NCBI GenBank assembly: GCA_963708295.1 | Contig: CAVPSJ010000011.1 | Coordinates: 64,001 to 128,000 of the forward strand | DNA: 64,000 nt | Origin: an uncultured delta proteobacterium | GTDB lineage: Bacteria > Desulfobacterota > BSN033 > UBA1163 | Reading direction: 5' to 3' | Part shown: in pieces, positions 9,049 through 17,013 of the stretch | How the letters are laid out: each line of letters starts with the position of its first letter | Position numbering within the stretch: the stretch's first letter is position 1 | Notes under the pieces: generated by a model | Database searches by the model: none | The model's input: only the letters and a program-made list of their open reading frames with translations | What the model was told of the DNA's origin: nothing | Made by a program: the position numbers and the translations under genes

Positions 9049-9813
9049 ATGAAATCCTCCACTCCGCCTCACAAGAACCCCGACTTCCCGCCGAACAAAG
9101 AAAACTGGACAATCAGGAATCCTTTTGAAGAATTCAAGACATTTACTGCCTCCGCTTCTACCCTCCCCATGGACCAAATTGTTCAATCCACTGAGGCAGT
9201 TATGGATCGGATCCGCTGGGGGTACGAGAGACTTTTGGAAGAAGAGGCAAAAGAACTCGTCTGGATGGTACAATACAATACAATCATCAAGGCTTATGAA
9301 GTGGCAGAAAAGTATGTGAAGGAAATAAGTTATACGGCCGAAGACATTGAGGATTTCTGTTTTGCCTTGGAGAATACCCAAAAGATTCCGTACCTCATCC
9401 CCGGTCCAGCCGGCATCTACATCTCTGCGTTATGTAACTATGCAAACGAAGAAGAGATCATTCTCAAGCTTTCCGAACTGAAGACGGAAATCAATCTTGT
9501 CGGATTTCGACTCCCGAAGGGGAAGCGATTGATGATCGAGGGAGATACGGGTGATTTCACCGGTATTGGCCTCGAGGGTGGAGAATTGGTCATTGATGGG
9601 AATTCCAAGAACTGGACGGGAGCGGGGATGAGGGGAGGAAAGATTCTGATCAAGAAGAACATTGGCCTACATACAGGTGAGTGGATGATGGGTGGAGAAA
9701 TCTATGTGGGAGGAAGAGTAAGGGGCCTGGGAAATATTGTCGAGGGGAAGGTTTACGAGAGGGAAAAACTACTTTTTCCGGGGAAGGTGCGGTATCCCAA
9801 TGCATACTATTAA
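9049..9813 (+). CDS. GXGXG-repeat (FwdC/FmdC / GltB C-terminal-like beta-helix) domain protein
   Basis: IEGDTGDFTGIGLEGGEL, IDGNSKNWTGAGMRGGKI, KNIGLHTGEWMMGGEI repeats; unknown helical N-terminal half. Confidence 0.75.
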   Translation: MKSSTPPHKNPDFPPNKENWTIRNPFEEFKTFTASASTLPMDQIVQSTEAVMDRIRWGYERLLEEEAKELVWMVQYNTIIKAYEVAEKYVKEISYTAEDIEDFCFALENTQKIPYLIPGPAGIYISALCNYANEEEIILKLSELKTEINLVGFRLPKGKRLMIEGDTGDFTGIGLEGGELVIDGNSKNWTGAGMRGGKILIKKNIGLHTGEWMMGGEIYVGGRVRGLGNIVEGKVYEREKLLFPGKVRYPNAYY

Positions 9814-9852
9814 TGACCTGAGATAGGTCTCGATGGATTATAGCGATTAAAC

Positions 9853-11490
9853 ATGGAAAAACAGAATTTGCAGGCGATCATTGAAGAGATTTGGCCAAAG
9901 GTGAAGAAAAAACACCTCTATCCTGAGATTCCAATGCCCAAGGTTAAGGAGCCTTCTGCAAAAAAAGAAGAACGGACTTCAGAGGACGAAGACGTTGGAT
10001 TGGAGATGAAGCAGAAACAACTGACCATCAATGGTGCTTTTGTCCTGCAAATGAGGGACAAGATGCCAGAAAAAAGGGTTATCGAGGCTCTTCTTGATCA
10101 TGGGGTTACCCACTACACTTTCTGTCCATGGGATTTTCACACGCACCTCAGACTCTACGCGGCGGCGAAGAAAGTGGTCGGTGATAAAGAATTATCCAAA
10201 CAAGTGGCTAATCACTTCATCGATGTCATTGCAGATACTCATTGCGTGAGAAAAAGGTCTACGGAGATCCCAGAATTGCACCGAAACTTGAAAAAAGGGG
10301 CCGTCGACGAAGTCATTGCGTCCCTATATCAAAGGATTTGGGGAATGGATTTGGGAATCCACCCCTCCAGAGGGGGCGTAAAAGGACACAGAGATATCGT
10401 CCGACGGCTGGCACGAATCCCCTATTTGGATCGATCACGCTGGGGAGAGAGCATTCAGAAGTTTGCGCGGACGATCAAACCCCTGCTTATTGAAGAACAA
10501 GAGGAGCAAGGAGATCGAGGAGGGAAAGGGGAGCGCAATCCTCAAGGGGAACACGATTTAAACCACTATTCGTCCGAAGAGATCGATCAGGGTTTAAGGG
10601 ATTACGCAAGACAGACCATGACTTTGTCCGAATTTAAGGATGTCGTGGAGGACTTTTCGGATGAACTAAGAGGGACAGGTTATGGTATGGAAGGGGGGAT
10701 GGGAAGGGGGAACGGGGAGCCCGTCGATGCAGATGTGCTTTTTTACATGAAATTGGCAGAGAATTATTCCATCCCCTTAAAGAAAATGCCCCTGGAAGAG
10801 AAAGGTGCTCTCCATCCTTATTCTCATTGTCCATGGGAGATCGGAGCGCCCTTTCAAGATGTGGATATATGGACCAGTTTTGGGAAGCTCATGCCTGGGA
10901 TTACCCAAGTTTGGACAAAGCGGGAGGGCAAGGGAAGAGGAAAAATGGAAGGCACTCCAGATTGCTTAATCGTTATTGACTCCTCAGGAAGCATGATCAA
11001 TCCTCGGAAGAGTCTCTCTTATGCTGTCCTGGGAGCCGCTTGCGCCGCCAATGCTTACCTTCACAATAATTCAAAGGTGGGCGTCTATAATTTTAGTGAC
11101 GCTCCTATGGGAGGAAAAGAGATTTTGAATTACATAGACCGGCGGGAGGATATTTACCGGGCCCTTTGTAAGTATTTCGGCGGAGGAACAGCATTGGAGT
11201 TGGAGGATTTAACGCCTTTAATCCGAGGCAAGAAAAAGTTGGACCTCTTCATCATTACCGATATGAAGATCACCAACCTGGAGGCGCTGATCGGATTTTT
11301 CGGACAGATCCAGAACCGGGTGACGGCCGTTCACATCGGCGAGAATCCGTATGCGGCTCGATTTGAAAAGGCGTTTGAGAAAAGAAAGAACATCAATATC
11401 TATACCGTGAAGCGGACGGAAGATATTCCCCACATTGTCCTTGGAAAGATCCGAGAATATTTTAGTTCATCAGCTTCAAAAAAATCGTGA
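9853..11490 (+). CDS. VWA-domain protein with an N-terminal degenerate HExxH-like region
   Basis: MIDAS motif IVIDSSGSM plus GGGT and IITD; N-terminal LDHGVTHY..CPWD; acidic/Gly-rich linker. Confidence 0.8.
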   Translation: MEKQNLQAIIEEIWPKVKKKHLYPEIPMPKVKEPSAKKEERTSEDEDVGLEMKQKQLTINGAFVLQMRDKMPEKRVIEALLDHGVTHYTFCPWDFHTHLRLYAAAKKVVGDKELSKQVANHFIDVIADTHCVRKRSTEIPELHRNLKKGAVDEVIASLYQRIWGMDLGIHPSRGGVKGHRDIVRRLARIPYLDRSRWGESIQKFARTIKPLLIEEQEEQGDRGGKGERNPQGEHDLNHYSSEEIDQGLRDYARQTMTLSEFKDVVEDFSDELRGTGYGMEGGMGRGNGEPVDADVLFYMKLAENYSIPLKKMPLEEKGALHPYSHCPWEIGAPFQDVDIWTSFGKLMPGITQVWTKREGKGRGKMEGTPDCLIVIDSSGSMINPRKSLSYAVLGAACAANAYLHNNSKVGVYNFSDAPMGGKEILNYIDRREDIYRALCKYFGGGTALELEDLTPLIRGKKKLDLFIITDMKITNLEALIGFFGQIQNRVTAVHIGENPYAARFEKAFEKRKNINIYTVKRTEDIPHIVLGKIREYFSSSASKKS

Positions 11491-11798
11491 CTCTTTTCCG
11501 TCAACCTGTAAGCTATTTCAAGACTTTATCTCATCCTTGAAGAATAGGAGAGGTTAGGGAAACACTCTCGCGCGGAGACCAAGGGTGTGATGGCGGACCC
11601 AATTCTTAGAAACGAATTGGAGTTAGAGTGCTAGTCGCTAAGTTTGCATTTCGTTTTAGATACGCACCTGAATTGGGTACGGCAGCGAAAGAGACTGGAT
11701 TGAGCTAATAGCCTTTAAGAACTATTGTCGTATTGCTAAGGATCGCGTCCCAGAAAAGTGTCCAGCAAAAACCCAAGTAATTAATATTGTTATATAAA

Positions 11799-11894
11799 TT
11801 TAAAAGGGATCAGTTAGAGGAGGGCTATAACTGATCCCTGCCGGTACATCAACCGGGGGTAAAACAAGGAGGTGATACGGTTTGATGCACCAGC
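11799..11894 (-). ncRNA. Candidate two-hairpin sRNA with anti-SD loops
   Basis: 16-bp stem whose G-U pairs exist only on the minus strand, loop contains UCACCUCCUU; perfect 12-bp terminator stem with CCCUCCUC loop followed by Us; TTGATT-17-TATTTT upstream. Confidence 0.65.
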
Positions 11895-11945
11895 TACATA
11901 TAAAATAATATATTATGTGGAGAAAATCAATAATGGAAGGGTTTC

Positions 11946-11961
11946 TGGCACGGGATTTGCT
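11946..11961 (+). promoter_or_regulatory. Sigma54 (-24/-12) promoter
   Basis: TGGCAC-GGGAT-TTGCT, an exact consensus match 40 nt upstream of the CDS at 12001. Confidence 0.8.
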
Positions 11962-12000
11962 GTTATATTAACAGATCGATAACAAATCGAAAGGACAACT

Positions 12001-12543
12001 ATGAAAAAGATTCTATCTATTATCTCAGTGCCTTTTCTTCTGGTTTTCCTCACCTCTCAACCCTCTTTTTCGCAGGTTTATAAGTGGGTCGATGAAAAAG
12101 GAGTGGCACACTTTACGGATGATATCACTCAAGTTCCGGGAGAATTCCAAGCTAAGGCTGAGAGAATCGAAGCCCAGCAGGAAAGGGAAGACACAAAATT
12201 TGAGGGGGAATTAGCACCTACGAAGAGAGAAGGCTCCTACAAGGACCAATTGGGAAGGGGGGAAGACTATTGGAAGGGGCGCGTCGAGGAGTGGAGAAAA
12301 AAACTAAGAGAACAACAGGATAAGTTGGAGCTCTTGAGGACCAATTATAACGGGTTAACAGAAAAGTATAACGATTCAAGAAGCCTGGTAGAAAGGACAA
12401 GTATTCGCAGAGAAAGAGAAAAGATCAAGACGGAAATGGGCGAGTGCAATGCTCAAATTGATGAAGCAAGGGGGATGATGGATAAAAAGATTCCAGAAGA
12501 GGCTGAACTTTATAAAGCGAAGCCAGAATGGATAAAACAATAA
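12001..12543 (+). CDS. DUF4124-domain exported protein
   Basis: Signal peptide, then VYKWVDEKGVAHFTD motif, then coiled-coil C-terminus. Confidence 0.85.
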   Translation: MKKILSIISVPFLLVFLTSQPSFSQVYKWVDEKGVAHFTDDITQVPGEFQAKAERIEAQQEREDTKFEGELAPTKREGSYKDQLGRGEDYWKGRVEEWRKKLREQQDKLELLRTNYNGLTEKYNDSRSLVERTSIRREREKIKTEMGECNAQIDEARGMMDKKIPEEAELYKAKPEWIKQ

Positions 12544-12842
12544 AAATATTTCATATGCTCTGAAAAAAGTAGCCAGTGAATAGCAATTGATTCAATGACC
12601 GCTAAGTTCATATGATAGCAGGGATATTCACTCCGTTGAATTATCACTGTTTTTATTTAAGAAGCATAATCGGACATTTTGTGAAAGTTTGTAAATCCGA
12701 GTCGTATCAGCATAATTATTGGCTAGGTGCGGTAAGAAAGTGGCCACAACTCGGAAAGTAAAGGGGGTTCTCAAAACAGGGAAGGGAGAGATGGCCTTAG
12801 AAAAGCCCATTTATTTCATCGATGTAAAAGAGGCTAAAAGAA

Positions 12843-13244
12843 ATGGACAAGGCAAACCGGGATAATCAACCAACTTCGCAGATCAGAATGGGTGTCCTTT
12901 CCATCGAAAAGAGGAAATACCCAAGATTCAGCGTGGAGCTTCCGCTGAATTATTCTCGTACTGAAGGTAAAGAAATTCTTGGGGGGATGGTCGCGAATGC
13001 AAGTGAGGGGGGACTCCTCGTCTACCTGCCCGAAAGAATGGCGATGGGGGCATTTTTGAAAATTGAAATTTTCTATGTCAAAGGTCTAGAATTGGACACA
13101 ATTAAGGCGGTCGCAAAAGTCGTTTGGTGCGATTTGGCTGCAAGAGAAAGTTGGGGCGAACACCGGTATGGATTGCAATTTCAGTATATTGATGAAAAAG
13201 ACCTTAGTCGGTTAACCACTTTATTGAGAGAGGTGGGAAACTAG
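12843..13244 (+). CDS. PilZ-domain protein (putative c-di-GMP receptor)
   Basis: EKRKYPR (RxxxR), NASEGG (D/NxSxxG), GLQF. Confidence 0.85.
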   Translation: MDKANRDNQPTSQIRMGVLSIEKRKYPRFSVELPLNYSRTEGKEILGGMVANASEGGLLVYLPERMAMGAFLKIEIFYVKGLELDTIKAVAKVVWCDLAARESWGEHRYGLQFQYIDEKDLSRLTTLLREVGN

Positions 13245-13432
13245 GGAAATGGTAGAGTTGGGAAATACTTTTCTTCGGGGATATTGAACCTGATAAAAAA
13301 TATCTTGAACTATTTCGAAAAATTAATTACAAATGTGAGGAGAAAAAGATGAGTGCGTCCTATCCGGCTGTCTCCGGGGGAAAACCCTAGATTCTTCACA
13401 CTCTAAAAGGATGACTAAGGATCTCTCCCGGC

Positions 13433-15421
13433 GTGGTTTCAGGAAAGCAGGCCCAGCACAAAAGGGATGTCATGGCTAGTTCAGGTCAACCACAAGGGAG
13501 ATATCGAGTCCTCCTCATCGGCATCGGAAATAACACGGAGGCAGAAAAGGATTCTTTTTGTAATACCATTTCAAAGAACTACAGTGTCCCCTTTCCTCAG
13601 CTTAGAAGAATTGTTGAACGCTGTCCCGTTATCCTCAAGAAAGATCTCTCCTTAAAGAAGGCCGAGTTGCTCGCAAGAACCTTCAAGTCTTTCGGGGCGC
13701 TGGTATCTGTCGAGGAGAAAAGAGAGATCCCGCCCATCGACCTTGAATTTCAGGAATTGGTCCCTCATCGGTTGGCGTTGGAGTCATGTTTTCTCCAGCA
13801 GTCGCACAGAGGAACCTGGAGCGTTACAGGACGAGCAAGGAATGTATCGGATGAAACTCTGAGTGATATCTGGGTCCTGGTTCAGGTTTTTGAAGATTTT
13901 GAAGAATTCGTCGCCTTTGAGGAAACTCCACTCCCTATCAACCCTCTCCCCTCAGGACAAGCTTCCCCCTTTAAGGTGATCTTTGAAGGGGCTTTTTCAT
14001 TTAAGAAAATCTCAGTTGGCTTTAAGAATGCCTCAGGACAACCTGTCCCAGCGGGGGATAAAAGGAAAAAGAGGGAATGGATGAAGGCTGATTTGGGAGA
14101 GGAACGCCCTCATTCCTCTCCTGGGATGCCGACCGAATTGGAAGGGAGGTCCGGGGGGGCTGATCCCGCCGGACCTTTAGAGAAAATGCTCGTTAAAAAG
14201 GAAGGTGAAATTCCAGGAGACATCCTTCCATCTCCGGAGCGAGAAGTAGCAGCACCTGTTGAATACGGAATAGGCGAGAATTACGGAGATCCAGAGAGAG
14301 TCCCCGGAGGATCCCTTTTGCTACCTTTTGAACCTTTAGAAAAAACCATGGAGTCGCTTTCGATTTCGGTAAATGAGGAGGAGTCTCTGAGAAGACCGGA
14401 ATCAGAGAAAGCTCCCGGACAAGGAACCTCTGAGGGTTGTATTGTACCTGGGGCGGAAAAATTGGCAGAAGGGATCGATATAGCTTTGCGTAGCACAGAG
14501 TCTGCTTCTGAGGAAGAGAAGCGGGCGGAAGAATCGCGCCTGGATTCTTCTGTATTCCAAGAAGCTACCCGGTTGCTTAAGGATATTTCAGAAAAGACCA
14601 ACGCAGGGGAGGGAGAAGAAAAGACGGCCCCTTCTTTGCCTTGGCTAGAGTATTTTAGAGATGCAGTGAAGACTTTTTATCAGACCTTACGTGGTATTTT
14701 TCCGATCTGGTTTGAGGAATGCCGAAAGAAAGGTGAATTGAAGGATTCGCTCCATGGCCTTCTAACGATACTCTTACATTGCAGGTTCGATCAGGGGAGT
14801 CAATCTTCCAACCCATTGGAGAACACCCAAAAATTATTCCGCCTCATCATTCAACCGAATCTTCTCCCCGAAGAAATACCAATCCTTGAAGGGACTTCCT
14901 TTGCATCGGGTGAAGTCTGGAGAGACCTCTTTCAACGGGCGCTCCCGAAGATTAAGCAGATCGGAAACGCTATTTTACAGAAAAATAGGTGGAATGTTTT
15001 AGACCTAGAACGATTGATTCAAGTGATTCCACATATGGGGGCTCAAAATAGCCGGATGGCCATCCAATGGATCGACGAATTGCTCCCGGATGTCGCAGAA
15101 ATTGATTTTTCGAATACTCCGATCGCTATTGGAGAAGGCCTTTACAGAGTTGCCGCTCGTTTAGGTATTGTGGACCCCCACCTGGACTATTATCATGGCA
15201 GGAATTCGATGGGAGATACCAAAATTCAGTCTTTTGCGATAGAGGCTTTCCCTCACAATCCTGTACGGATAGAGAAACCAATGATGTGGATAGGAGGTGG
15301 AGAAGAGCAAGGAGGGCACTGCTTCCGTATCCAACCTTGGTGTAACGGGTGCCTCTTCAAAACCTTCTGCCCAAGACTCTATCTTGACTTTGACCCATCT
15401 GAAATAGGGATGAGGGATTGA
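13433..15421 (+). CDS. Multidomain protein: L7/L12-like + FxLYD-like + low-complexity linker + EndoIII/HhH-like domain with FES motif
   Basis: KKDLSLKKAELLARTFKSFGALV; VTGRARN..LPSGQASPFKV; C-terminal RVAARLG and CFRIQPWCNGCLFKTFC. Start is uncertain (GTG 13433 or ATG 13472). Confidence 0.65.
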   Translation: MVSGKQAQHKRDVMASSGQPQGRYRVLLIGIGNNTEAEKDSFCNTISKNYSVPFPQLRRIVERCPVILKKDLSLKKAELLARTFKSFGALVSVEEKREIPPIDLEFQELVPHRLALESCFLQQSHRGTWSVTGRARNVSDETLSDIWVLVQVFEDFEEFVAFEETPLPINPLPSGQASPFKVIFEGAFSFKKISVGFKNASGQPVPAGDKRKKREWMKADLGEERPHSSPGMPTELEGRSGGADPAGPLEKMLVKKEGEIPGDILPSPEREVAAPVEYGIGENYGDPERVPGGSLLLPFEPLEKTMESLSISVNEEESLRRPESEKAPGQGTSEGCIVPGAEKLAEGIDIALRSTESASEEEKRAEESRLDSSVFQEATRLLKDISEKTNAGEGEEKTAPSLPWLEYFRDAVKTFYQTLRGIFPIWFEECRKKGELKDSLHGLLTILLHCRFDQGSQSSNPLENTQKLFRLIIQPNLLPEEIPILEGTSFASGEVWRDLFQRALPKIKQIGNAILQKNRWNVLDLERLIQVIPHMGAQNSRMAIQWIDELLPDVAEIDFSNTPIAIGEGLYRVAARLGIVDPHLDYYHGRNSMGDTKIQSFAIEAFPHNPVRIEKPMMWIGGGEEQGGHCFRIQPWCNGCLFKTFCPRLYLDFDPSEIGMRD

Positions 15422-15603
15422 TTGACATCACCCTTCATAGTATCAGCAAGATGGTCCTTGCTTTATCTTTCCCTGCAGATAAAAATCGCCAGAAATGATA
15501 TAATAGTATTTTACCCAGGGTTTTTGTTAAGATACAATTGCAGTATGGGCAGAGGTGAGTTCAGTTCATGAGGCGCCTTATATCTCATTAAAGGAGTAAG
15601 AAA

Positions 15604-15792
15604 ATGAGCGGGAAAAGTAGTTTTCCTTATCGTAAATACGATCGAAAGCCCCATCCTCACATCGTCAAGCAAATTCTAGACGATAGCGAATTGATTGAGA
15701 TGATGAAGGAAGTCCTTATTCAGGAAGGAAGGGCCTGTCCTTTTTGTCATCGAAAATTGAAGGGAGAATCCAAGGCAAAGGAAATTTGGTAA
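15604..15792 (+). CDS. Small hypothetical protein with a CPFC motif
   Basis: Strong AAGGAG SD and ATG; 62 aa; RACPFCHRK. Confidence 0.55.
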   Translation: MSGKSSFPYRKYDRKPHPHIVKQILDDSELIEMMKEVLIQEGRACPFCHRKLKGESKAKEIW

Positions 15793-15918
15793 GAAGAAGA
15801 GACAAGAAAGAGATGATTCAAAACGTACGAGAACCATCTCTCTTTTTTGGCCCGCAGCCAGACCGGCCGGCCCAAAATAAAAGAGAGTTTCGATGGTCGG
15901 CCAGTGGGTTGGTGTATA

Positions 15919-16260
15919 TCAAATATTCTCATCCGGGAATTCCCGGACAAAGGAGAATTTTAGGGGACTGAGCATGAACATTCTGGCTGAGTCACCTACC
16001 GCGTGCGCTGGGGTACCCGAGATCATCGAGACAATATCGACCGCCCCGGTAAAGGGAAGTGCAACAACAAAGACGCCCGTACCCACAACTGCAGCTGCAA
16101 ATCCGAGGGGCCTTGCGACAATTAAATCCACGGCACCCCATCCCTGGGCCACAGGATCATCCTTCCCGAAGTACTCATCCGCCCATCCTGTCGAATAAAA
16201 ACTGCACATGATCAACGAAAAAACAAAGGATAACAGAAGTATCTTTTTAAATCCTTTCAT
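15919..16260 (-). CDS. Hypothetical exported/membrane protein
   Basis: GAAGGAGG SD, signal peptide, DLIVARPLG..ALPF motif; TTGACA-17-TAAGTT promoter upstream. Confidence 0.75.
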   Translation of the reverse strand: MKGFKKILLLSFVFSLIMCSFYSTGWADEYFGKDDPVAQGWGAVDLIVARPLGFAAAVVGTGVFVVALPFTGAVDIVSMISGTPAHAVGDSARMFMLSPLKFSFVREFPDENI

Positions 16261-16403
16261 GACAAGATCCTCCTTCATGTCTTCTTATTTAAAACTTATC
16301 AAAATTATCTAGAATTGTCAAACTTTTTAAGAAAAGAAAGCTTTGTTTTTCAAGCTAATTAATTAAATAGTTTCAGCGTTAAGAGAGAAAATTCTTTTGG
16401 TAA

Positions 16404-16518
16404 CAAAAACTTTATGATCAACAAAGTCCATACGAGGCACGAATTGGCCATCCCCGTTTCTATTGTCAACTTTGTCATCAGGGCAGCCTTGGAGGAAATC
16501 GAGTTTCCCCGTTGCCTC
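16404..16518 (-). ncRNA. Candidate sigma54-dependent sRNA
   Basis: GAGGCA...UGCCUC closing stem begins at the predicted TSS; internal stems with G-U pairs; unpaired UUUCCUCC; terminal hairpin plus U-tract. Confidence 0.5.
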
Positions 16519-16527
16519 TGTATTGAA

Positions 16528-16543
16528 TGCAATTTTTCTGCCA
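16528..16543 (-). promoter_or_regulatory. Sigma54 promoter
   Basis: Reverse complement TGGCAG-AAAAA-TTGCA. Confidence 0.7.
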
Positions 16544-17013
16544 AATTATAGATTTAGATAAGGATAGTGTAACATATTGAAAGTTATATGTGAAATACTT
16601 TTTCTGCTAGCAAAAGAATATTTGCAAAGTAGCCTATCGAGGGACAAACACTGCCACCTGGATAAAAATTGACCTTTCAGAATAAGACTTTCCATTCAAA
16701 TCACATTCCGCAAAGGGTAGGTCGAGGAAGCCGCTTAGGGCCCCGGATAGCAAGACCTCCAAAACAATATCCTTGGACCAAATGAAGGATATATACGAAT
16801 GGCTTGGGATATGGACGGATAGTTACTTGGAACTTCTGATACAAAGCCGGGGGGTTGTTTTTTGTCTGAGTATGCAGCATGGCCAAGTCGGCCGACGGGA
16901 AGGAAGATCTTTTTCCGGGGGGATAATCGATACGCTCCGACCTGTAAAGCCATAGGCAAATTTGCTTGCCGCGCATATTGACATGATCTTTTCTTTGTGA
17001 TTATTCTTAAGCA

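Noticed and set aside
9049-9813. Formylmethanofuran dehydrogenase subunit C or glutamate synthase subunit as a functional call
   Set aside because: There are too few repeats, the N-terminal half is unrelated, and no partner subunits are nearby.
7236-11520. Integrative element or prophage at tRNA-Pro carrying the MoxR operon
   Set aside because: No integrase and no duplicated tRNA 3' end were found, and the operon lies on the 5' side of the tRNA.
13433-15421. Endonuclease III (nth)
   Set aside because: The catalytic Lys and Asp positions appear substituted and the protein is about three times too long; only the fold and Fe-S motif are supported.
16450-16485. Hammerhead ribozyme (CUGAUGA...GAAAC on the minus strand)
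   Set aside because: The segment between the core motifs does not form a proper stem II, no stem III with an NUH site is evident, and the flanking bases pair with each other in a simple hairpin.
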